DNA of 64,000 nucleotides. It comes from an uncultured Acidobacteriota bacterium. GTDB taxonomy: Bacteria; Acidobacteriota; JAQAZP01. The stretch's first letter is position 1, and each line of letters opens with the position of its first letter. The position numbers and the translations under genes are program-made. The stretch covers positions 2,080,001 to 2,144,000 of the forward strand of contig CAWIIB010000009.1 of NCBI GenBank assembly GCA_963836075.1, read 5' to 3'. Below the pieces are notes generated by a model. It was not told where the DNA came from, did no database searches, and was given only the letters and a program-made list of their open reading frames with translations. Positions 29,414-38,234 of the stretch are shown here, in pieces.

Positions 29414-30253
29414 GGCGTCCTTCAGCGTGATCAGCACCAGTTCCGGGGGACAGCGAAGTCGAGCCGGGATGATCGATGTCCCCACCCCCCGGGAGACGAA
29501 GAGCCAGGTCCCGTCGAGGTAGAAACGGCCGGCCACTGTCTGCCGGCTCCCCGGGGGAAGCCAGAGCGGGCCGATCAGCGGGAAGTTCATCTGACCGCCG
29601 TGGGTGTGTCCGGAGAGCACCAGGTCTACCCCCCAGCGCTGGGCCTTGCGGAAGATTTCCGGCGAGTGGGCGAGGAGCAGTTGGGGCAGGTTCCCGGGGA
29701 GTTCGAGAAAGGTGCTGTAGAAATCGGAGTGGCCGGTGTAGGGGTCGTCCAGGCCGAGGAGGACAAAAGCCGCCCCGCGGATCCTGATGGTCAGGTGCTC
29801 ATTGATCAGCAGCCGGATGCCCTCTTCCGCCAGCAGGCCGGCCAGGCGGCCGTGGGTCATTCGCACCTTGTATTCCCAGTTGCCCTGGATGGCGTACACG
29901 CCACCCGGTGCCTCGAAGCTTCCGAGGTATCCGGCCAGCGTGTCGGTACGGGTGAGCCAGGTGAAGTAGTCTCCGCCCAGCAGGATCAGGTCGGGACCGA
30001 AGGCCGCGATCTCCTCGGCCATCCGGCGGTGCAGGCGGCCCGGCCGGCGCACGTGGAGGTCGGAGACAAATACCAGGCTGACCCCCTCCGGCCCGCCGCC
30101 GAGACCAGGCAGGTAAAAGGTCTCCCGGGTCACCTGCAGCCGGTTCGGCTCCAGCAGCACCAGTTCGGCGCAGAACCAGATGAACAATACCAGGAACAGG
30201 CCCTGCGCGGCTCGCCTGGCCCAGGTCGTGTGTTGCTTGCGGTCCGGCTTCAT
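29294..30253 (-). CDS. Membrane-anchored metallophosphoesterase (YkuE/YaeI-like)
   Basis: SDLH, GGD, GNWE, LLAHSP, GHTHGGQ and SRGVG motifs. Confidence 0.88.
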   Translation of the reverse strand: MKPDRKQHTTWARRAAQGLFLVLFIWFCAELVLLEPNRLQVTRETFYLPGLGGGPEGVSLVFVSDLHVRRPGRLHRRMAEEIAAFGPDLILLGGDYFTWLTRTDTLAGYLGSFEAPGGVYAIQGNWEYKVRMTHGRLAGLLAEEGIRLLINEHLTIRIRGAAFVLLGLDDPYTGHSDFYSTFLELPGNLPQLLLAHSPEIFRKAQRWGVDLVLSGHTHGGQMNFPLIGPLWLPPGSRQTVAGRFYLDGTWLFVSRGVGTSIIPARLRCPPELVLITLKDASFNPDADPRRDLEPAEQRQGLNGPAGEHQHTEAPADPLG

Positions 30254-31572
30254 TGCACCGCCTGGCCCATTCCCTGCAGGTGCTGGCGGGCCAGCTTTCC
30301 GTAGTTGCTCTCCGGGTCGATATTGAGCACCTGGCGGTAGTAGGCCACGGCCTTGTCACGCTGTCCCTGGTTCTCGTAGCAGAGCCCCTGGTAGTAGCGA
30401 ACGCCCGTCTGTTCGGGGATCAGTTTGTCGCACTTGTCGAACTCGCCCAGGGCCAGGTCCCAGCGCTGGATGTTGACGAAGTGGAAGCCGCTGTAGAACC
30501 GGCTCTGGAACAGTTCGGGATAGAGCTGCAGGGCCTTGTTCAGATTGCGTCTGGCGTTGCGGTATTCCTTGGCCTGGACATAGGCCACACCCAGGTCGGC
30601 GTAAAAGACGGCCTGTCCCGGGGCCATGTTGATGGCCTTCTCAAAAGTGTTGATCGACTCCCGCACCTTGCCCTCGGCCAGCAGCGCCTCACCCCGCTCG
30701 TACTCCTTGTACGCCGGGGCCATCTGCCGCAGCCTCATTGTGTTCTGGCGGAAGGTTTCCACGCCCATGGTGGCGCCCGGCGGCACCTCCAGGGTGGTGA
30801 TCCGCTGCCGGGAGGTTTCGATGCGTTCCGAGGAAAGCGGGTGGGTCAACAGCAGCGCTTCGAGGCGTGACGGTTCACGCTCGTGGGCGGCCAGCAGGAT
30901 TTCCTGCAGTTCCACCATGCCCTGGGGGTTGTACCCGGCCTTGATCACGTAGTCCATGCCCAGCTCGTCAGACTGCCGTTCGTTGTCCCGGGAGAAGCGG
31001 AGCATCATCAGCTGGGCAGCCATCAATCCGGCCGCGGAATAGTACTCGCCGTTTTTCATCTCCTGCTGCTGGAGGTAGATGCTCAGGCCCACCGCCGCGG
31101 TCTGGGTCAGGATCTGGCGGGTGATCATCTCGTTGACGTGCCGGGCCGTCACGTGCCCCACCTCGTGTCCCAGCACCGCGGCCAGCTGGGCCTCGTTGGT
31201 CATCTGCGAAAGCAGGCCGCGGGTGATGCTGATCTTGCCCCCGGGGAGGGCGTAGGCGTTCACCTCTCCGCTGTTGACCACGTTGAACTGGAACGGCAGG
31301 TCGGGGCGGTGGGAGACCGCCACCAGACTCTGCCCCACCCGTGAGACGTAGTCCTGCAGTCCCTTGTCCTGGTACAGGCCGCCGCTGATCTGGGTCATCA
31401 CCGGGTAGTTCTGCACGCCCATGGCCACTTCCTGCTCTTCCGAGATCAGGGAGAGTTCTTTTTTTCCGGTGACCGGGTTGACCATGCAGGCTGCCAGGCC
31501 AAGGCAGGCCAGAACCGTCATGGCACCGATCACCAGTGACGGCCGGAGCTCGCGAGTTGTATACCATTTCAT
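30250..31572 (-). CDS. M48 family metalloprotease lipoprotein with TPR repeats
   Basis: Lipobox LAAC, NAYALPGG, HEVGH, THP, C-terminal TPRs. Confidence 0.9.
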   Translation of the reverse strand: MKWYTTRELRPSLVIGAMTVLACLGLAACMVNPVTGKKELSLISEEQEVAMGVQNYPVMTQISGGLYQDKGLQDYVSRVGQSLVAVSHRPDLPFQFNVVNSGEVNAYALPGGKISITRGLLSQMTNEAQLAAVLGHEVGHVTARHVNEMITRQILTQTAAVGLSIYLQQQEMKNGEYYSAAGLMAAQLMMLRFSRDNERQSDELGMDYVIKAGYNPQGMVELQEILLAAHEREPSRLEALLLTHPLSSERIETSRQRITTLEVPPGATMGVETFRQNTMRLRQMAPAYKEYERGEALLAEGKVRESINTFEKAINMAPGQAVFYADLGVAYVQAKEYRNARRNLNKALQLYPELFQSRFYSGFHFVNIQRWDLALGEFDKCDKLIPEQTGVRYYQGLCYENQGQRDKAVAYYRQVLNIDPESNYGKLARQHLQGMGQAVQ

Positions 31573-31641
31573 CGGTGGCCCTCCTGTTGAAGCCGGGTGG
31601 GTGTTCGGTGTTCCTCTGTTGGATGAGACCGGTGCACCGCA

Positions 31642-33381
31642 CTAGAAGTCACAGGGGAAACTGTCCGCTTTGAAGACCGCTTTCCCGTCCACCAGGGTGG
31701 CCAGGACTTCAATCTCCGGTATCTCCTCCGCTGCACAGAGCAGCGGGTTCAGTGCCAGCACGGTGAGGTCCGCCCGTTTCCCCGGCTCGATGGTCCCGGT
31801 CAGTTCCTCGCTGAACGAAGCGAAACTGGCATCGCGGGTGAACATGGCCAGGGCCTCGCCGGGGGACAGGCGCTCCTCCGGGCGCCACCCCCCCTCGGGG
31901 GTGCCGTCGAGGGCCTGGCGGCTGACCGCGGCATAGATACCCGTGAGCGGCGCCGGGGATTCCACCGGTGCATCCGAGCCGCCGGGTATCCGGCAGCCGG
32001 TCTCCAGAAGCGAGCGCCAGGTGTATGCGCCGGTCAGTCGTTGCTGTCCCAGACGAGTGCCGGCCCAGGGCATGTCCGACGTGCAGTGCGTGGGCTGCAT
32101 CGACGGGATCACCTGAAGGGCGGCGAACCTGGGCAGGTCTTGGGGGTGCAGGATCTGGGCATGCTCGATGCGTGGACGCAGCCGTTCCCTCTCTCCGGGG
32201 CTGAGGACCTGCTCCACGGTGTCCAGAACGATCCGGTTCGCCCGGTCCCCGATGGCGTGGGTCGCCACCTGGAATCCGTGCCGCGTCGCTGCCCCGTAGA
32301 GCCGCTGCAGCTCCTCCGGGGGCGTGAGCAGCAGGCCCCGGTTGTCTCCGTCGTCGCTGTATGGATCCAGCAGCGCCGCCCCCCGCGAACCGAGAGCGCC
32401 GTCAGCGTATAGTTTGACACAGCGGACCACCAGGTGGTCGGCCATCTCCGTGTCCGGACCCCGTTCGAACCAGTGTTCCAGCAGGTCGGGCTCCGCGCCC
32501 TCCAGCATGGCGTAGACCCGGATCGGCAGGGCCCCCTGCCCGGCGAGCCGCTGGTAGACCTCCAGTTGATCGGAGGTGACGCCGGCGTCGTGGACCGCGG
32601 TCAGCCCCAGCCCGGCAAGATGCGCCGAGGCGGTGAGGATATGGCGTTCGATGGACTGGGGGGTCGACGCGGGGATCGCCTCGTTCACCAGGTCAATGGC
32701 CCGGTCCAGCAGCAGTCCGGTGGGAACTCCGGTGTCGGGGTTGCGGAAGATTCTCCCTCCCTCCGGATCGGGCGTCTCCGGCCCGATGCCTGCGGCGGCC
32801 AGGGCGGCGTCATTGACCAGGGCCGCATGGCCGTCGATGCGTCTGAGGCAGACCGGGGTCTCCGGCGCCAGGCGGTTCAGCGCGCGGTTGTCGGGAAACC
32901 GTTTCTCCTGCCAGTCGTTCTGGTCCCATCCCCGCCCGAGGACCCAGCCGTTGGCGGAGCGGTCTTCCAGCCAGTGGGCGGTTTTCTCCACGACCTCTTC
33001 GAAACTGGTGGTCCCGGTGAGATCGAGGCTGGAGAGATTCGCGCCAACGGAAACCAGGTGCAGGTGGGCGTCGGTCAGCCCCGGGGTAACCGTGGCCCCC
33101 TGCAGATCTTCCACCCGGGTCTGCGGTCCCGCGAGGGGCATGACGTCCTGGCCGCGGCCAACGGCAATGATTCCGCCGTCACGTATGGCCAGGGCCTCGG
33201 CCACCGGCCGCCCTTCGGACATGGTCAGAATCTGTCCGTTGGTCAGGATCAGGTCGGCGTAGGCCATCTCCGGTTTTTTAGCGCAATGGCACAGGGTGAA
33301 GAGGCCGGTCAGCAGGCAGGCCAGGAGCAGCGCCGGGGTTGTGAATCTGACAACATTCCTGAGAAAACCGATGAGGTTCAT
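31642..33381 (-). CDS. Amidohydrolase 3 family protein (YtcJ-like)
   Basis: PGLTDAHLH, KLYADGALGSRGA, HAIGD, RIEHAQ and GSDAP motifs. Confidence 0.9.
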   Translation of the reverse strand: MNLIGFLRNVVRFTTPALLLACLLTGLFTLCHCAKKPEMAYADLILTNGQILTMSEGRPVAEALAIRDGGIIAVGRGQDVMPLAGPQTRVEDLQGATVTPGLTDAHLHLVSVGANLSSLDLTGTTSFEEVVEKTAHWLEDRSANGWVLGRGWDQNDWQEKRFPDNRALNRLAPETPVCLRRIDGHAALVNDAALAAAGIGPETPDPEGGRIFRNPDTGVPTGLLLDRAIDLVNEAIPASTPQSIERHILTASAHLAGLGLTAVHDAGVTSDQLEVYQRLAGQGALPIRVYAMLEGAEPDLLEHWFERGPDTEMADHLVVRCVKLYADGALGSRGAALLDPYSDDGDNRGLLLTPPEELQRLYGAATRHGFQVATHAIGDRANRIVLDTVEQVLSPGERERLRPRIEHAQILHPQDLPRFAALQVIPSMQPTHCTSDMPWAGTRLGQQRLTGAYTWRSLLETGCRIPGGSDAPVESPAPLTGIYAAVSRQALDGTPEGGWRPEERLSPGEALAMFTRDASFASFSEELTGTIEPGKRADLTVLALNPLLCAAEEIPEIEVLATLVDGKAVFKADSFPCDF

Positions 33382-33580
33382 GGTCGTGGCACCGTTGGGT
33401 ATCTGTAGTGACCGGTTGTTCGAAAAACGAGAGTACTATCCAATTTTACTCCGAAGCGCCTCTGCCGGGCAACGACGGCGCCGGGGCTCCGGCTCGATGC
33501 GGTCTTGAACCGGCGCGTCCAAACACGATATGGTGACCGGTGACCGGCGGTCATCCGCCACACCCGATACGGTACACCCC

Positions 33581-35233
33581 ATGCATTCCGCTTCGACCGA
33601 TGCGAACAGTAGATCCCGCGGCGCGCTGCTGCCGGTCTCCAGCCTCGCCCTGCTGGTGGCGGCGGTCTATCTGGCCTTTCCGGCCCGGCTCTATTTTGGT
33701 GAGGGGTTCAAGTGGGCCCTCAGCGAGCCGTCCTGCACCGGGGGACTGTTCCGCTTCTTCCACCCGCACCACCTGCTTTACAACCCCCTGGGCTATCTGG
33801 TGCACCAGGTGCTGGTCCTGGTGCGTCCCGGGTTGTCGCCGATGATCTCCTTCCGTCTGCTGGATACCGTCGCCGGCCTCGGCGGCGTGGTTGTTTTTCA
33901 CTGCCTGGTCCGCCGTCTCTGGCGGCGTGAGTGGCTGGCCGGCTTCACTGCTGCCGGGTTCGCCTTCTCCTGGGGCTACTGGTCGCACTGCGTCAATGTG
34001 GAAGTCTATCCGGTGAGCGTCTTGTTCCTCGTCCTCGGATTTTCCCTGGCGGCGCGAGCGGTGCGGGAACCCGCAGCCGGGTCCCGGGTGTGGGCCCTGC
34101 TGGGGCTTGTGGCCGGTGGGGCTGTGCTGTTCCACCAGAGCAATGTGCTCTTCCTCGCCGTTCCCCTGGCCGCGGTGTTCTGGTACCCGGCGGGTCGGCG
34201 GGCCGGGTTCCGGCTCTTCTGGCGGTTCTTCCTCCCGGCCTATGCGGCGGTAACCATCCTGCCCTACCTGGCGGTGATGCTGCACCTCGGGTTTCGGGCG
34301 CCGGGTGAAGCCCTGACCTGGCTTTTTCTTTACGGGCACCAGGCGGACACCTATCTGGGCACCGATGCGTCGGTGGTGGTTCACGCGCTGGTTTCCTTCG
34401 GCCGGATGCTCCTGCTCCCCTCCTCCTACACCGCGGCATCCGCCGACCCGCTGGTGCCGCCGCCGCTTCTCCTGACGCTCAAGTGGTGCGCGGCCCTGTT
34501 GCTCGGTCTCCTGATGCTGGCTGCCGCACTGCGCCCGCGGCAGCTCTTCCGCAGCTGCGGCCCCAGTCTGGTGCTGGCCGCGGCGCTTGCTGTTCCCTAC
34601 GCACTCTTTTTTACCTTCTGGGATCCCGGCGGCTATTTCTTCTGGCTTCCCCTTGGTATTCCGTTCTGGCTGGTGGCCGGAGGCGCCGCGGCCTCGCTGT
34701 CCCCGGGAACGCCGGCTCGTGCCGCTGTTCCGGTTCTGGGTCTGGCCGTGCTGGCCCTGTTCACCCTCAACCTGGCCGGCGGCGTGCTGCCGCAGAGCCG
34801 GCTCTCCCGGGTGGCCGACCACCGGCTGATGCAGCTGGTCACCCGGCACCTGGGCCAAGGGGACCTGCTGCTGCTCAACACGCCGCGGATGGATGTGATA
34901 TCAAACTTCGGCGGGCCGATGTTTTACGGGTACGCCCGTGCCTTTTCCCGGTTCCAGGTGCAGTGCCTCCTTCCCGGTCTGGACGCCCCGGGGCCGGAAG
35001 CGGCGCTGCGGGAGATGGTGGCCGCCGGCAGCCAAACCAGCACGGGCCTCTGGTATCTTGACGAGGTCCTTAAAGGACAGAGCACTCATGGCGGCCGGGG
35101 AGGAAGGATCCGGGAAGCATTTCGGCGCTGGGGCGTGCGGGCCGTGCTGGCCGAAGCTCATGGCGCGGGAGACGCCTACAACGGTTCCCTCCTCTATCGC
35201 CTGGTCCCTGACCCGCCGGCCGAGTCCCCCTGA
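33581..35233 (+). CDS. Polytopic membrane protein, GT-C/DUF2723-like
   Basis: Many TM segments. HPHHLLY, VEVY and LFHQ motifs. Confidence 0.65.
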   Translation: MHSASTDANSRSRGALLPVSSLALLVAAVYLAFPARLYFGEGFKWALSEPSCTGGLFRFFHPHHLLYNPLGYLVHQVLVLVRPGLSPMISFRLLDTVAGLGGVVVFHCLVRRLWRREWLAGFTAAGFAFSWGYWSHCVNVEVYPVSVLFLVLGFSLAARAVREPAAGSRVWALLGLVAGGAVLFHQSNVLFLAVPLAAVFWYPAGRRAGFRLFWRFFLPAYAAVTILPYLAVMLHLGFRAPGEALTWLFLYGHQADTYLGTDASVVVHALVSFGRMLLLPSSYTAASADPLVPPPLLLTLKWCAALLLGLLMLAAALRPRQLFRSCGPSLVLAAALAVPYALFFTFWDPGGYFFWLPLGIPFWLVAGGAAASLSPGTPARAAVPVLGLAVLALFTLNLAGGVLPQSRLSRVADHRLMQLVTRHLGQGDLLLLNTPRMDVISNFGGPMFYGYARAFSRFQVQCLLPGLDAPGPEAALREMVAAGSQTSTGLWYLDEVLKGQSTHGGRGGRIREAFRRWGVRAVLAEAHGAGDAYNGSLLYRLVPDPPAESP

Positions 35234-35258
35234 CCGTCCTGCCCTCCCTGTTGCGTAC

Positions 35259-35267
35259 TGCTATAAT
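35259..35267 (+). promoter_or_regulatory. Extended -10 sigma-70 promoter element for the TlpA gene
   Basis: TGCTATAAT about 80 nt upstream of ATG 35345. Confidence 0.55.
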
Positions 35268-35344
35268 AGGAGTTCAGTGTAGTTGACCGGGGCCGCGGCC
35301 GGCCCGGTGGGACAATTGGTATTCACGGGAAAAAAGGAAGATTC

Positions 35345-35941
35345 ATGCGATTCATCAGCAAGAACACGATGTCCCCGGCACCTTTCCGGATACTTCTGAT
35401 CGCGCTCCTCGGGGCGATGGTGCTCGCCTGTGGCGCGACCCCTTCCGGCGCCGACGACGCGGCCCTGAAGGCCGAGACTCCCGCGGTGGGGACGGCCGTG
35501 GGCAACCTGGCTCCCGATTTCACGGCCAGCAATTTCCATGGCGGTACGGTCAACCTTGCCGACTACCGGGGCAAGGTCGTGCTGCTCGATTTCTGGGCCT
35601 CGTGGTGCGGACCCTGCATGCGGGAGATGCCGACCCTCGTCGAGATCAAGAACCGCTACCCCGCGGACAAGTTCGTGATCATTGGGGTGAGCCTCGACAT
35701 GGACAAATCCAAGGCTCGGATGAAGCAGGTGATCGCCGACAACAAACTCGATTACCCGATTCCTTACGACGGCAAGGGCTGGCGCAATGCGGTCTCGTCG
35801 CTCTACGGCGTGAGATCGATCCCGGCCACCTTCATCCTCGACGCGGACGGGGTCATCGTGGACCGCAACAAGCGGGGCCGGGAACTGATCCAGCTGCTGG
35901 ACAAACTGGTGCCCGTAAAAAAGGTGCCCGCAAAACAATAA
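35345..35941 (+). CDS. TlpA-family thiol-disulfide oxidoreductase lipoprotein
   Basis: Lipobox VLAC, GKVVLLDFWASWCGPC, IPATF. Confidence 0.9.
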   Translation: MRFISKNTMSPAPFRILLIALLGAMVLACGATPSGADDAALKAETPAVGTAVGNLAPDFTASNFHGGTVNLADYRGKVVLLDFWASWCGPCMREMPTLVEIKNRYPADKFVIIGVSLDMDKSKARMKQVIADNKLDYPIPYDGKGWRNAVSSLYGVRSIPATFILDADGVIVDRNKRGRELIQLLDKLVPVKKVPAKQ

Positions 35942-36085
35942 CGGCCCACGGGTCGGCCCCCGGGCATACCAGGGGGCCGTACACAACTCCGGGGACTGTG
36001 CTTGCGGGTTTGTTGCGCAGGCCGTGGAGGGCTGGTCTATTTCGCGGTCGCAATCGGCCCCCGCTGAGGGGGCCTGGGGGCGGGG

Positions 36086-36352
36086 CTAGAGGTTCTTGAT
36101 CTCCTTGCCCGGTTTGAAGCGGACCTTTTTTCCGGGAGCGATGGGGACGATCTCGCCGGTGCGGGGATTTCTGCCGATCCCTGTTTTCCTCGACTTGACT
36201 TCGAACACACCAAAGCCGCGCAGTTCGATCCTTTCACCGTCTTTCAACGCGTTTTTCATCGTGCTGAAAATTGTCTCCACGGCGATTTCCGCCCGGCCCT
36301 TGGAAATGTCGGCGACCTTGGCTACTTCATTGATGATATCGATTTTGATCAT
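36086..36352 (-). CDS. HU/IHF family DNA-binding protein
   Basis: IELRGFGVF, GRNPRTGE and VRFKPGK motifs. Confidence 0.93.
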   Translation of the reverse strand: MIKIDIINEVAKVADISKGRAEIAVETIFSTMKNALKDGERIELRGFGVFEVKSRKTGIGRNPRTGEIVPIAPGKKVRFKPGKEIKNL

Positions 36353-36713
36353 TCGGCCTTTCTCCTTTTTCTCCTCCACCGTACCGAAGCGTGCCCGAAC
36401 CGCCCGTTCCTTGTCGTGGGGTTGTGGGTAGCGGGTCAACTTTTGCCCGGGATCGTTCTGGTCCGATTAACCTGCATTATATCTATCTGTTAGTTGGAAG
36501 GCAAGGCGGGAAGAAAAAAGTTTGTGCCGCTTCGCGGGCGCCATTCCCCGAGTTCCCCGGGCTGTGATATCATTGTCCCCCCTACCCGGGCGTCCCGCGG
36601 GCGGTTCCGGGTGATTGTAAACACACAGCCCCCGGGGCCCGGATCGCCGGTCCGCCCATTGGTCGCGGCCGTTCCCGCCGAGTTCCAGGCAAACCATAGA
36701 AGAGCATCAGCGC

Positions 36714-38234
36714 GTGATTAACAAGAACGTCGATTTCATTTACCTCCACCCCTACCATGGCGACAACATCGAGGCCCACAAGATGTATTCCCTGATCCCG
36801 GTGGGTGCGGTGGCCATTGTCAACCACCTGCTGGACAGCGGATTGACCGGCCGGGGGCTCAACGTGCCCCTGGAGCTGCGCAAGGACGACGAGTTCGATC
36901 CCCGGCCCTGGATCGAGGCGCACCAGTTCTCAATCGCGCTGATCGACATCAACTGGTATCTGCACCTGGCCGGCGGCCTGGACCTTGCCGCCCTGGTCAA
37001 GGAGGTCCGGCCCGGGGCCACCGTACTGGTGGGCGGGCTCACCGCCACCCGGTTTGCCGATGAGATCCTCACCCGTTTCCCGGCGGTGGATGCCGTCTGC
37101 CGCGGGGACGGGGAAGTGCCGGCGCAGATGCTGGCCGAGAAATGTGCCGGCCGGGCGGAGCATCCCATGGAGGAGATCCCCAACATCGTCTGGCGCGGCG
37201 AGGATGGGATCCGGCACAATCCGCAGTCCTATGTGGACCGGGAGATGGATCGCTGGAATTACCGTGACCTGGGGTTCCTGGAGAGCGAAAAGGACTATTA
37301 CTACAACTCGATTCTCAAGTGGGCCGACCTGGCCACCCACTGGCTGGCCCTGGGCCGGGGGTGTCGCTTTGCCTGCTACCACTGCGACGGATCGAGCCAG
37401 GCCCAGAAAAAACTGTTCGGCCGGGCCGGGCTGATGGTCCGCGACCCGGAACTGGTGGCCCGGGACATCGAGATTCTGGCCGGGCGGGGCATCGAGAACG
37501 TCAGCTTCACCCACGACCTGGTGCACATCGGGGAGGACTACTGGCGCGCCCTCTTTGCCGCTGTGCGGTCCTCCGGCGTGCGGATCGGCGCCATGCAGCC
37601 GTTCTGGCAATCCCTGCCCAGCGAGGATTTTGCCCGGGAGTTTTCCGAGACCTTCGTGATGAAGAACTCCTATGTCAACGTCTCCATCGAGACCGCGGTG
37701 GAGGAGATGCGCCGGCACATCCACAACTGCACCTTTTACAGCAACGAGGAATTTTTCGAGGGGCTGCGGTTGCTCAAGCAGCACGGTGTTCCGATCATGG
37801 TCTACTTCCGGCTCAACGCGCCGTGGGAGTCGGCTCGCACCATGGAGGTGAATATCAAGTGTGCGGCGGAGGTCTTCCGCCTGTTCCCCGAAGACGTGCC
37901 GCCGATCTTTGTCAGCGACGTGCCGCTGGACCCCAGTTCGCCATACTCCCACGCCGCGGAGACTGCGGAGTCGCGTTTTTCCTTCAGTTTCCCCAAGCTG
38001 GGCTTCGATGACTACTACCAGTTCTCCCGGGGAATGATCCCGGCGGAGAAGGTGTTCGCCAGCCCCGGCGGGCCGGGAATCGAGATGAGGGACTACCACG
38101 AGTTCGATCACCTGGGCAAGCTCGACGTGCTCTTCGTCAAGAAGCTGGTCCCACGGATGTGGGGGCGCTGGGAAGAATTGATGCTCAGTGACGGCAAGAG
38201 CTGGGACGCCATCCGCAGCGGGGTGGTGGTATGA
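36714..38234 (+). CDS. Cobalamin-dependent radical SAM protein
   Basis: B12-binding-like region (LVGGLTAT, DAVCRGDGE) and GRGCRFACYHC. Confidence 0.88.
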   Translation: MINKNVDFIYLHPYHGDNIEAHKMYSLIPVGAVAIVNHLLDSGLTGRGLNVPLELRKDDEFDPRPWIEAHQFSIALIDINWYLHLAGGLDLAALVKEVRPGATVLVGGLTATRFADEILTRFPAVDAVCRGDGEVPAQMLAEKCAGRAEHPMEEIPNIVWRGEDGIRHNPQSYVDREMDRWNYRDLGFLESEKDYYYNSILKWADLATHWLALGRGCRFACYHCDGSSQAQKKLFGRAGLMVRDPELVARDIEILAGRGIENVSFTHDLVHIGEDYWRALFAAVRSSGVRIGAMQPFWQSLPSEDFAREFSETFVMKNSYVNVSIETAVEEMRRHIHNCTFYSNEEFFEGLRLLKQHGVPIMVYFRLNAPWESARTMEVNIKCAAEVFRLFPEDVPPIFVSDVPLDPSSPYSHAAETAESRFSFSFPKLGFDDYYQFSRGMIPAEKVFASPGGPGIEMRDYHEFDHLGKLDVLFVKKLVPRMWGRWEELMLSDGKSWDAIRSGVVV